Shown one piece after another: positions 49,412-58,444 of a stretch of 64,000 nucleotides of DNA. The stretch lies in IMG/VR virus record IMGVR_UViG_3300032931_001151, positions 150,201 through 214,200 of that record. One strand, written 5' to 3'. Positions within the stretch are counted from its first letter, which is position 1. Every line of letters starts with the position of its first letter. The notes below the pieces were generated by a model, which did not search any database, was not told the DNA's origin, and worked only from the letters and a program-made list of their open reading frames with translations. A program made the translations under genes and the position numbers.

Positions 49412-50151
49412 GTTGCCACTTGTGTTTTCAATGCTTCTCTTGAAAGAGATGATATTCTATGAAATTCCATCTCGTTATCTCTATATGCTTTATGTTCGGT
49501 GTTTGCGCTATTAGGACTTCTCGGATGCGATAGATGATAAAGAGCGCCCTCTATTCTTGAAATTCTATATCCTAATGTTCCAAAACGTTTTAACCTTTCA
49601 TCATCTTCCCAACCCCATGACACAAATCGTTCATTTTCCATTCCACCTTCAATGAACTTTTGCTTATTCCAGAATATAGCACCACCAACGGATTTAGGAT
49701 GAATTAAGTTGCCATTTGATGGTGTTATATTCTCAATCGTTAGATTATTTTGAACATTTGATATGTGTGGTTCAATTAAATCTATAAATCGTCCATCATA
49801 TGGGTAAACCATATCATATTTATTCTCTCTAATAACTCTTACGGCTTGGACATATTGTGCAATTGGGAATAAAACGTCGGTGTCATAGTTAACTATAATT
49901 GGCGTAGTTGATTGTTTGGCTAGAACATTAAGACAATACGTTCTATGCATAAGATAATCACCACGAGGAATGAAAATATGCTTGAATTTTCCAACATCTT
50001 TAAATTTTGATTCCGTGTCATTTTCGCAAATTAATATATTTGTATCAAAATGTTTATTGAGATAATTTATAATAATTCTAATATTTCGTAATCTTTCGGG
50101 GGTGTCTAATTTGAAGGGGATATTAAATGTCACGTCGGTTAAATTTATCAT
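49393..50151 (-). CDS. GT2/GT7-C-like glycosyltransferase, paralog of the adjacent gene
   Basis: YDTDV; GGAIF; NERFVSWGWED. Confidence 0.8.
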   Translation of the reverse strand: MINLTDVTFNIPFKLDTPERLRNIRIIINYLNKHFDTNILICENDTESKFKDVGKFKHIFIPRGDYLMHRTYCLNVLAKQSTTPIIVNYDTDVLFPIAQYVQAVRVIRENKYDMVYPYDGRFIDLIEPHISNVQNNLTIENITPSNGNLIHPKSVGGAIFWNKQKFIEGGMENERFVSWGWEDDERLKRFGTLGYRISRIEGALYHLSHPRSPNSANTEHKAYRDNEMEFHRISSLSREALKTQVATWGWIK

Positions 50152-50774
50152 ATTTCTTTTATTAAACCTTTATCTAAATAGTGGTTATATAATACCGTTT
50201 CTGCTTGTTGTGGATGATAATTAAAACAATCGCTTTTATCTAAATATTTTTCCCAATAATACTTGTATGGGTATTTTCTAGCCGGATCAAATCCTGTCAC
50301 GAATATTTCAGCATCTTTGAATCTATATAAACATGATTCTATAGTAGTCATTCCTGAGTCTGGGTAATACCATTCCATGTTATTTTTTAAATTCTCGCTT
50401 ATTGTCTTCATTTTATTGTATAAATTGTCGTAAATGTAAGGATCTACAAATATAAATTCTAATGGTTTAAATCTACCAAAATGTTCTCTAGCCCTAACTC
50501 TATTATTATGATGTCCTTTTGCAAATTTGTCTGGTATCCAAACTTCATTGCATAGTTTGAAATTTTCTATTAATCTATGACTCCCTAATAATCCCGCCGT
50601 AGCCCCTTCTCCCGTTATCATCATAGAAATAATATCTACTTTTTTACCAACATAACTTTCCCACCCTTCAATGAGAAAATTATTCATCCTAATAACCCTA
50701 TCACAAGAATCAATGAAATCTCCATTTTTAACCATGGAAGCCTTATATCCATTTGCAACAATCGCTATTCTCAT
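50148..50774 (-). CDS. GT29 (sialyltransferase-like) protein
   Basis: IAIVANG...NGDFIDSCDRVIRMN (sialylmotif L-like); PDSG...I...L......VTGFD (motif S-like). Confidence 0.65.
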   Translation of the reverse strand: MRIAIVANGYKASMVKNGDFIDSCDRVIRMNNFLIEGWESYVGKKVDIISMMITGEGATAGLLGSHRLIENFKLCNEVWIPDKFAKGHHNNRVRAREHFGRFKPLEFIFVDPYIYDNLYNKMKTISENLKNNMEWYYPDSGMTTIESCLYRFKDAEIFVTGFDPARKYPYKYYWEKYLDKSDCFNYHPQQAETVLYNHYLDKGLIKEI

Positions 50775-51589
50775 TTATGATTTCTCCAAAATTCAGAAGC
50801 CTCTTGGATTTGTTGATTAATATTTTGTTTAACTACTCCGCTATCTCTTTGGCATACTTTTACTTTCCATTTAGCATATTCTTCGTCATTTTCCGGTGGG
50901 TGGATGATGGGTATAGAATCTGACATTTGCCAAGTAAATCCTTTCTGTCCCAAATCCATAAGGAAATAAGCATCATCACCGGCGTATACGCCCATAACCC
51001 TATATCCGCCAATCGTTTCCCATGCCCTTCTTGACATAAATAGGCATCCGCCCGCAATTCCACTCGGTTGATTAGGCCATACAACTTTTTCGTTGAATGT
51101 TTTGCCATTAAATGTTATAGAATAATCATTTACATTTTCATAACAAGTTTTATAATGACATCCGTGTCCGTTTTGTTGTAATCCTATTAACCCAAATGGT
51201 TTGCCTTTTATAGTCTCTGTCTTATTAGCCATAGCAATAAGACGATTGAAGAATTCTTCATTATCTTGGGGGAATAGTATATCCGAATCGGCTGACATAA
51301 TATACTTGTGGTGAGACTTTAAGAACTTTTTCGTTAAAGTGTTTACTACTACGGCTTTACCTACATTATCATTAAATGATAATATGTCTTTTTTTCCAAA
51401 TTGGTCTTTAATGGTTGATAAAATTGGTGCCCACTGTTGTTTATCTTTGCACCATCCGCCGAAGCAAACGTCAACATTCTCTACTTTGTGTTCTTTTAAG
51501 TATTTGCCCAAAGATATTAGAGAATTTATGTTTCTTTCTGTAACTCTAGTTATTGGTCCAAATATTGGCTGACAAAGTAAAATTGACAT
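50771..51589 (-). CDS. GT2-like glycosyltransferase
   Basis: NVGKA; ADSDI; AGGCLF; YAGDDA. Confidence 0.7.
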   Translation of the reverse strand: MSILLCQPIFGPITRVTERNINSLISLGKYLKEHKVENVDVCFGGWCKDKQQWAPILSTIKDQFGKKDILSFNDNVGKAVVVNTLTKKFLKSHHKYIMSADSDILFPQDNEEFFNRLIAMANKTETIKGKPFGLIGLQQNGHGCHYKTCYENVNDYSITFNGKTFNEKVVWPNQPSGIAGGCLFMSRRAWETIGGYRVMGVYAGDDAYFLMDLGQKGFTWQMSDSIPIIHPPENDEEYAKWKVKVCQRDSGVVKQNINQQIQEASEFWRNHK

Positions 51590-51673
51590 AAATATTCCTT
51601 ATATTGTATAATGTAATTATACCATAGAAGATATTTATTTTCCCTTCTAAATATATGTAATAGGAGATAATTT

Positions 51674-51844
51674 ATGATTATTCGTAGATATATTAATGGA
51701 AAGAAAGTTGACATAGAGGTTAATACGACACCTCCATCGCCAATTCCTCCACCAAATCCTAATCAACCTACACCAACTCAAACTAATCCTCAAGCACCAC
51801 CAGTTCCTCCACCGAGAAAAGGTTGTGGGTGTAAACGAAAATGA
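51674..51844 (+). CDS. 56-aa Pro-rich micro-protein ending RKGCGCKRK (not in ORF track)
   Basis: AGGAG SD; TGA overlaps the ATG of the next gene (ATGA). Confidence 0.7.
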   Translation: MIIRRYINGKKVDIEVNTTPPSPIPPPNPNQPTPTQTNPQAPPVPPPRKGCGCKRK

Positions 51845-53004
51845 TATTTAAGACATTTTTTGAAGATTATGAGAATATAATAAAAGAGTCAACTATTAAT
51901 ATGGGAGACTTTACGGAAGTATTATTTGCTATCGGGTTACTTCATTACACTCTAAAAAAGCAAATAACTCCCAAAGACATATTAGATACCCTTGATAATA
52001 TTCCATCTTTACCTTTTGAAAATACTTATAATCATGATAACTACGACGTTGCTTTACACTTAGAGGGCAAGTCGGGAATATCCAATTTAATTGGCGGTAA
52101 TTTTAAAAATTTGGAAGAAGAATATAAAAAACAAGTTATGGACATAATTCAAAAAATAACTAATAATATACCAAAATTAAAAACTATACATAAAGTTGAT
52201 AATTTTATAAAAGCATCAAAAGAAATATTAGAAAATAATAAATTTATCGTAGTTATTAAATCCACTGGATCAAAAACTACTCAAGGTGATGAAGTTAAAG
52301 CGGATGTAACTATGGATTTAATACCAAAAGAGAACATTAAAGTTCCCCAAGATATAAAGAAAATAGTATATTCTATTAAATATAGTAATAAAAAATTAGA
52401 AAGTAAAGTTTCCGAAATTAGTATATTTACTTTAATATTAAGATTAGGTATCGCTTTTAGATTGCCTATGGTAAGCGGACTTGACAATATGAGGGAATTA
52501 CCATATAAAGTAAATGCTCAAAGTGGATCAAAATGGCTTCACGAACTATTCTATGATAATGCACAATATAAGCAATTAAGTTTACAAGAAAATCATTTAT
52601 TTAATTTTATAAGAAAATTTTATACTACTAATGTGGGCGATAGAGAATCTATATTAAAACAATTTTTATTAGAATTCAATAATGAAATGTTAATTAAAGA
52701 AAAGAAACAACCCGAATTCTCCAATATATTATATAATTTTCTTGAAAAAGAATTATTTGGTAAGGACTTAGCAGACATAGTTAAAATAGATATTAATGGC
52801 ATAAGTGATATTGACGTAGAGGCTTATAATAAAATTAGAAATAACTATTTAGTTGATTTTAGTACAAGGCCATCAAAATCAAAAAATCTATTATTTAAAT
52901 TTGAAGCGGTTGGTAAAGATGATAGTAGATTTGTTCTATTTTGGATAGATAATCATAGGGATGGAACGGTTCAAATATATATAGGTGATGACCTACTTAA
53001 ATAA
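51841..53004 (+). CDS. Hypothetical protein
   Basis: 387-aa ORF starting MIFKTFFEDY..IIKE. Confidence 0.6.
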   Translation: MIFKTFFEDYENIIKESTINMGDFTEVLFAIGLLHYTLKKQITPKDILDTLDNIPSLPFENTYNHDNYDVALHLEGKSGISNLIGGNFKNLEEEYKKQVMDIIQKITNNIPKLKTIHKVDNFIKASKEILENNKFIVVIKSTGSKTTQGDEVKADVTMDLIPKENIKVPQDIKKIVYSIKYSNKKLESKVSEISIFTLILRLGIAFRLPMVSGLDNMRELPYKVNAQSGSKWLHELFYDNAQYKQLSLQENHLFNFIRKFYTTNVGDRESILKQFLLEFNNEMLIKEKKQPEFSNILYNFLEKELFGKDLADIVKIDINGISDIDVEAYNKIRNNYLVDFSTRPSKSKNLLFKFEAVGKDDSRFVLFWIDNHRDGTVQIYIGDDLLK

Positions 53005-53014
53005 GGAAATGAAA

Positions 53015-53239
53015 ATGAGTGAATACTTTTTACAACGCTTTAAAGTCAAAAAAGTTATTTTTGTTAATAACGAAAGATTTAGATATATTTCTAAAGATGA
53101 GATGGCAGAAGTCCGTCCAACTCATATTAGAATGTTAGAACAAATGGGTGACTTATCGGAAAAAAATCTTTATTTTATGCCGAATAATCCCGTTGATTTG
53201 CAAACGCAAATATTTAGAATTCATCTAAGCGATAAGTGA
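53015..53239 (+). CDS. Hypothetical protein
   Basis: AAGGA SD; start chosen among several nearby ATGs. Confidence 0.5.
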   Translation: MSEYFLQRFKVKKVIFVNNERFRYISKDEMAEVRPTHIRMLEQMGDLSEKNLYFMPNNPVDLQTQIFRIHLSDK

Positions 53240-53345
53240 TCTTATCCAAATAACACTAGAAACAACCAAATAAAATTTGAGTTGATGTTGGACTATTTTA
53301 GAAGATAAATAGTCCTTACCCAGATAATTAATAGGAGAGAAAGTT

Positions 53346-55598
53346 ATGTCAGTTAAAATGCTTCAAGAATATACTAGATATTCAAAATACTCAAAATACT
53401 TGCCAAATGAGAAAAGAAGAGAGACTTGGGAAGAACAAGTAAATAGAGTATTTAGTATGCACGAAGCAAATTTTGGAGATAAATTAAAAGATATTAAAGA
53501 AGATTTTGATTTTGCTAAATCAATGGTAATGAAAAAAAGAGTGTTAGGTTCTCAACGAGCATTACAATTTGGTGGAAAACCAATACTTGATAAGAATGCT
53601 AAAATGTACAACTGTACCGTTAGTTATGTAGATAGACCTAGATTTTTCCAAGAATGCATGTATTTATTATTGTGCGGATGTGGTACGGGATTCTCGGTAC
53701 AAACCCATCACATACAAAAACTTCCTGGAATTATGGCAAGAACTAATGGTGAAAAAACTTATGAAATTCCCGATAGCATTGAAGGTTGGGCGGATGCGGT
53801 TGGAATTTTAGTATCTTCATATTTTACGAATGATCAACCATTTAAAGACTATATTGGATATAAAGTAAATTTTGATTATAGTAAGATTAGGCCAGCCGGA
53901 GCTTCTCTCTCTTGGGGTGGGAAGGCTCCAGGACCTAAAGGATTACAAGCCTCTTTGAATAAAATAGAAGAAATTTTTGAAAATGTTTTAAAGTCTTCAG
54001 AAAAAGTAAGTTCCAAGTTAAGACCAATTGACGCATATGATATGATAATGCACTTATCCGATGCCGTAATTAGTGGAGGTGTGCGTCGAAGTGCGTGTAT
54101 TTCAATATTTTCCGCCGATGATATGGAAATGGCAAATGCTAAAACCGGAGATTGGTTTATAAAGAATCCGCAAAGAGGTCGATCAAATAATTCAGCTTTA
54201 CTAATTCGTAAGGAAACCACTAAAGAAGACTTTACAAAGTTAATGAAATCGGTTAAAGAATTTGGAGAGCCTGGATTTATTTGGAGCGATAATAAAGAAT
54301 CATTATATAATCCATGTGTTGAAATTAATATGTATGCTTATAATGACGAAGGAAAGTCTGGTTGGCAATTTTGCAACCTTTGTGAAATCAATATGAAAAA
54401 ATGCAAGACAAGAGAAGAGTTTTTAGAGTCATGTCGAGCCGCAGCAATTTTAGGAACATTGCAAGCCTCATATCATAAATTTGATTATTTGGGGGAGATA
54501 TCGGAGCAAATTGTTAAAAAAGAGGCATTATTAGGATGCTCAATGACTGGAATGATGGATAGTCCCGATATAGCATTTAATCCCGAAATACAAAAAGAGG
54601 GTGCTCAATTAATTCTTGATGTAAATGAAAAAATAGCTAAAATACTCGGAGTTAATAAATGTGCAAGAGCCACATGTGTTAAACCTGCTGGTAGTACAAG
54701 TTGTCTTCTTGGTTCGGCTAGTGGAATTCATCCACATCATGCTCGTAGATATTTCCGTAGAGTTCAAGCAAATGTAAATGAGGCACCTCTTAAGTATTTC
54801 CAGGCCCATAATCCAAGAGCCGTAGAAACTTCGGTTTGGAGTAATACCAAAACCGATATGGTAATTTCGTTCCTTTGTGAAGTTCCAGATGGTGCTAAGA
54901 TAAAAAATCAAGTAAATGCTATTCAACTATTAGATCATGTAAAATTGACCCAACAAAATTGGGTTGAATTTGGTACAAGAAAAGATGCACCCGTTGCATC
55001 TTGGCTAAGACATAACGTATCAAATACTATAACGGTAAAGGACGATGAGTGGGATGGAGTAACCGATTATATTTACGAAAATAGAAAATGGTTCGCCGGA
55101 ATATCACTATTGCCAATGTCGGGAGATCTTGATTATCCACAAGCGCCATTTACCACCGTACTTGAACCTAAAGAAATAATGGCTCAATATGGAGAAGGAT
55201 CGCTATTTGCTTCTGGTTTAATCGTTGATGGATTAAAAGCATTTAATGACAATCTTTGGGCAGCTTGCGATTGCGCTTTAGGAATAGGAGAAAAACTTTC
55301 ACTAACTCCCGAACAAGCAAAATTGACCAATGGGAAACTTAAAGCATTAGTTGATAAGTTATCGGAGAAAGAAGATTGGATTCGTAGATTTAAGCAATTT
55401 GCTGAAAGATATTGTAATGGCGATTTAAGAAGATGCTCACATCTTTTGAAGCACGTTACTAATTATAAACTTTGGGTGGATTTGAAGAGAGAATACCAAC
55501 CAGTTGATTGGTCATTATGCTATGAAGAAGACTTTAAAATAGATGTTACTACTTTGGCGGGCCAAGCATGTAGCGGCGGTCAATGTGAAATGAAGTAA
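53346..55598 (+). CDS. nrdJ: Class II (B12-dependent) ribonucleotide reductase
   Basis: YSKY....KRRETWEE; YNC; GGVRRSA; NPC.EI; CNLCE; TCVKPAGS; C-terminal CSGGQC. Confidence 0.9.
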   Translation: MSVKMLQEYTRYSKYSKYLPNEKRRETWEEQVNRVFSMHEANFGDKLKDIKEDFDFAKSMVMKKRVLGSQRALQFGGKPILDKNAKMYNCTVSYVDRPRFFQECMYLLLCGCGTGFSVQTHHIQKLPGIMARTNGEKTYEIPDSIEGWADAVGILVSSYFTNDQPFKDYIGYKVNFDYSKIRPAGASLSWGGKAPGPKGLQASLNKIEEIFENVLKSSEKVSSKLRPIDAYDMIMHLSDAVISGGVRRSACISIFSADDMEMANAKTGDWFIKNPQRGRSNNSALLIRKETTKEDFTKLMKSVKEFGEPGFIWSDNKESLYNPCVEINMYAYNDEGKSGWQFCNLCEINMKKCKTREEFLESCRAAAILGTLQASYHKFDYLGEISEQIVKKEALLGCSMTGMMDSPDIAFNPEIQKEGAQLILDVNEKIAKILGVNKCARATCVKPAGSTSCLLGSASGIHPHHARRYFRRVQANVNEAPLKYFQAHNPRAVETSVWSNTKTDMVISFLCEVPDGAKIKNQVNAIQLLDHVKLTQQNWVEFGTRKDAPVASWLRHNVSNTITVKDDEWDGVTDYIYENRKWFAGISLLPMSGDLDYPQAPFTTVLEPKEIMAQYGEGSLFASGLIVDGLKAFNDNLWAACDCALGIGEKLSLTPEQAKLTNGKLKALVDKLSEKEDWIRRFKQFAERYCNGDLRRCSHLLKHVTNYKLWVDLKREYQPVDWSLCYEEDFKIDVTTLAGQACSGGQCEMK

Positions 55599-55622
55599 AT
55601 TATATAATTAATTTATGATATA

Positions 55623-55650
55623 ATTACCTCCGTGGAAATACGGAGGTAAT
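55623..55650 (+). terminator. Intrinsic terminator after RNR
   Basis: ATTACCTCCGT-ggaaat-ACGGAGGTAAT plus T-tract. Confidence 0.85.
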
Positions 55651-55654
55651 TTTT

Positions 55655-55963
55655 TTGAAAACACTCACTGATCAATATAAATGTTACTTTTGTGAATTAC
55701 AAGAACCTATTAATGTATCTAAAACTAATAATTTTAGAAGGCTCATAGAAAAGCACCATATTATAGAAAAAAACCAAAATGGAAATAATGATGCTAATAA
55801 TTTAGTTCCAGTATGCTCTAATTGTCACTCAAAGATACATCTAGGACTTATTAATCCAAAAATGTGGCTATTTACTACTAGCGGTTGGAAATTGCTTTGG
55901 AAAGATTCTAAGAATATAGAGTATCTCGGAAGAGATAAAATTTCTATAAATAGTCATATATAG
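55655..55963 (+). CDS. HNH endonuclease
   Basis: CYFC; EKHHI; N.ANNL..VCSNCHSKIH; TTG start and no clear SD. Confidence 0.7.
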   Translation: MKTLTDQYKCYFCELQEPINVSKTNNFRRLIEKHHIIEKNQNGNNDANNLVPVCSNCHSKIHLGLINPKMWLFTTSGWKLLWKDSKNIEYLGRDKISINSHI

Positions 55964-55986
55964 AAACTATTATTAGGAGTCTCATT

Positions 55987-57273
55987 ATGGATGCTATATT
56001 CAATGAAGAAGTTAAAAATATATTTACAACTACTTATAATACAACATTTAACGAAAATGTTAAAATTAGAAATTATTTGACGGAATCAAAAAAGAGATTT
56101 CCACATCTTAATGAGAGTTTTCTTATTGAAAATAAAGATTTGATGGAAAACATTAAGAAATTTGACGTATCTGATAGAGATATTATGGATGCTTTTCATG
56201 TTGACTTAGTACAAGCTAAAAATATTCATACATCATTTAGATCATTCGCAATAGCAGAACATTATGCAAAGATCGAACAAGACGTAGAATTATTCAATGA
56301 AAAAGTAAATGCCTCTTGTTTATCGGTTTTATTAGTTGAAGCACCTAAATTTGACCCAGAAGCAACTTTAGATCCGGCTTTTATGTCTCAACAAAAGTTG
56401 GCGGCAGTTAAAAAGGCTTCCCAAAAAGCACAACAATCTACTCCAAAAGCACTAGAAGTAGCACCTGAAGCCCCAAAGGCAGCCGAAACTACCCCCGAAC
56501 CGGCTAAAGCTGAAGAAAAAAAAGGATTCTTGGCAAAAGTTAAAGACTTCCTTGTAAAAGCTGGAAAAATAGTCGTGGCGGTTGGCCAATCTAAAGCTTT
56601 CTATAAAGCCCTTGCTATGGGTGCTATTATGGTTATTCTCGGAGTAATAGCCGGAGCATTAGGCGGTTGGTTCGCAATAGGATTTGCAGGGATAAAAGGT
56701 CTTTTAGGATTATTCTCAATATATAAGGGTTCAAAAGAACTTATTAAAACTGCCGATTTTGCACAAGGTAAAAAGGGAATAGAAGGTGTCAAAGAGTGGA
56801 TTAAGAGTTCTAAAGATCCAAAAAATGCAACCAAAATAATCGTTGCTATCGCTAAGATAGCTCTAGGTACTTGGGGTGCGTCATCTGCAATAGGTAAGAT
56901 AATGACTGAAATTACTATTATGGGTGGATCTCATGTTGGGGCTACTCCTGATGTAAGTAAAGCGGCACCAACTACTAGTCCAACTTCGGATATAGCGAAA
57001 GTGTCTGGCGCTGAAGCCGTTCCTACGGTTGATCACGCTAAAGATCAATTAGAAAAAATATCTAAAATATTTGCTACCAATCCAACTCAAGGAAAAGTTT
57101 TATTTTCAAAGTGGGGAGAAGCATTAGCATCGGCAGAATCTGAAGGAAAAATAACGGATGGTCAAGTGTTGGAAATGCTTAAAGGCAAAATGTCTCCAGA
57201 AAAAGCAGATACTTGGTGGGAAATGGCAAAACAAAGTTTTGACTCGGCCCAAAAAGCAACGGCGATTAGATAA
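55987..57273 (+). CDS. Late protein with central Gly/Ala-rich hydrophobic hairpin
   Basis: TATAAATA 55945-55952; AGGAG SD. Confidence 0.6.
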   Translation: MDAIFNEEVKNIFTTTYNTTFNENVKIRNYLTESKKRFPHLNESFLIENKDLMENIKKFDVSDRDIMDAFHVDLVQAKNIHTSFRSFAIAEHYAKIEQDVELFNEKVNASCLSVLLVEAPKFDPEATLDPAFMSQQKLAAVKKASQKAQQSTPKALEVAPEAPKAAETTPEPAKAEEKKGFLAKVKDFLVKAGKIVVAVGQSKAFYKALAMGAIMVILGVIAGALGGWFAIGFAGIKGLLGLFSIYKGSKELIKTADFAQGKKGIEGVKEWIKSSKDPKNATKIIVAIAKIALGTWGASSAIGKIMTEITIMGGSHVGATPDVSKAAPTTSPTSDIAKVSGAEAVPTVDHAKDQLEKISKIFATNPTQGKVLFSKWGEALASAESEGKITDGQVLEMLKGKMSPEKADTWWEMAKQSFDSAQKATAIR

Positions 57274-57274
57274 A

Positions 57275-57601
57275 TCATTTTAAATTTTGTGCGGCCTTGA
57301 TGTCTTTATCAAGGTCGCTAAATTTCTTCTCCGTGCTATCATTATTTTTCCGACCTAGAACTTTGTGATTTTTCATATCATCAATAGACTCCGATACCAT
57401 CTTATCAATGGTCAAATCTAAAGAAATGTACGGACTCATTTCGTTGATTTTTTCTTTGAGTTTCTTATTCTCGGTTTGATACGTGATTAGAGTCACTTCA
57501 AGTTGCTTAACTTTATTACGACTTTGAAGTCCATCCATAATAGATGAAGCTACTAATATAACTCCCGAAAGAATAAGACCGATTGCTAGTGATTTTGACA
57601 T
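57275..57601 (-). CDS. Small N-anchored coiled-coil membrane protein
   Basis: LAIGLILSGVILVA TM followed by coiled coil; AAGGAG SD. Confidence 0.6.
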   Translation of the reverse strand: MSKSLAIGLILSGVILVASSIMDGLQSRNKVKQLEVTLITYQTENKKLKEKINEMSPYISLDLTIDKMVSESIDDMKNHKVLGRKNNDSTEKKFSDLDKDIKAAQNLK

Positions 57602-57672
57602 TTTGTATCTCCTTGGCCTTATTATAGAGATAGATTTGGATATGTCAAGAAGGTAATTCTAAAAGAAAGTTG

Positions 57673-57700
57673 TTGACAAACTTAAAAGGTATGCTAGAAT
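57673..57700 (+). promoter_or_regulatory. Sigma70 promoter with extended -10 for the tRNA array
   Basis: TTGACA-16 nt-TAGAAT with TG extension; a late TATAAATA follows at 57725-57732. Confidence 0.75.
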
Positions 57701-57751
57701 GAAAGAGAAGAAAAAAGAAATCAATATAAATAACACTAAAGGATATAAATC

Positions 57752-57868
57752 ATGACCACTCAAACTAACATTAAGCTTCGCTCGGATAGCAAGCCCTTAT
57801 CATGGGATTCCCATAGTATGTTAGTGTCCCTCTTTAGCATTATGCCAAGCAAGGGACTCCTAGGTTAA
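57752..57868 (+). CDS. 38-aa attenuator leader peptide (8 Ser)
   Basis: AAAGGA SD; MTTQTNIKLRSDSKPLSWDSHSMLVSLFSIMPSKGLLG; stop lies in the 5' arm of the antiterminator. Confidence 0.75.
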   Translation: MTTQTNIKLRSDSKPLSWDSHSMLVSLFSIMPSKGLLG

Positions 57869-57922
57869 GATTCGGACACATCCGATAACTCTTAAACCTA
57901 GGGCCAAAACCCTAGGTTTTTT
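57859..57922 (+). promoter_or_regulatory. Mutually exclusive antiterminator/terminator
   Basis: CCTAGGTTAAGA(57859-70) pairs with TCTTAAACCTAGG(57890-902); AAACCTAGGG(57894-903)-ccaaaa-CCCTAGGTTT plus U-tract. Confidence 0.8.
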
Positions 57923-57979
57923 CGTATTTGACAACTATATAATTGTAGAATAGAAGACATACTCTTTGAGTGTGTCTAT

Positions 57980-58070
57980 GGAGTAGACAATAGGAAAAGT
58001 TCCTAGAGAGTTTGCTAAACTCATCGTGCCTTTTATTAGGCATTCAGTGCGAATCTGAGCTACTCCACCA
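57980..58070 (+). tRNA. tRNA-Ser(GCT), atypical D-arm
   Basis: GGAGTAG/CTACTCC acceptor; loop TT-GCT-AA; long variable arm; CCA. Confidence 0.8.
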
Positions 58071-58072
58071 AT

Positions 58073-58150
58073 GGGCAAAAGTCTAGCTGGTATGCTAGTA
58101 AACGTCTGATAAGCGTTTTTAGGTGAGTTCGATTCTCACTTTGCCCACCA
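58073..58150 (+). tRNA. tRNA-Ile(GAT)
   Basis: GGGCAAA/TTTGCCC; CT-GAT-AA; TTCGATT; CCA. Confidence 0.85.
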
Positions 58151-58218
58151 TTCCCTTTAATAGAGTTGGAGTTGAAACTATTTTAGCTGAGGTTAAGCTA
58201 ATTAAAACCTCAAGTCAT

Positions 58219-58294
58219 CAGGCCGTAGTGTTTAACAGTAGCATGGCTCGTTTGGGGCGAGGTGGAGGGAGTGCAAATCTCCCCGGCTTGACCA
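58219..58294 (+). tRNA. tRNA-Pro(TGG)
   Basis: CAGGCCG/CGGCTTG; TT-TGG-GG; CCA. Confidence 0.85.
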
Positions 58295-58309
58295 TTTTTA
58301 GTAATTCAT

Positions 58310-58383
58310 ACCGATGTAGCATAAGTAGCAAATGCGAAAGATTGTCGATCTTTAGATAGTGGGTGCAAGTCCCATCATCGGTG
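58310..58383 (+). tRNA. tRNA-Asp(GTC), CCA not encoded
   Basis: ACCGATG/CATCGGT; AAAGA-TTGTCGA-TCTTT. Confidence 0.85.
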
Positions 58384-58444
58384 CTTTTATTAACAATAGA
58401 ATTAATATATGATATAATGTACTTTCACTATTAGAAAGGATTAT

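Noticed and set aside
57928-57951. TTGACA...TAGAAT promoter downstream of the attenuator that would bypass it
   Set aside because: The spacer is only 12 nt (4 nt to TATAAT), so it is unlikely to be a sigma70 promoter; it may be boxA-like.
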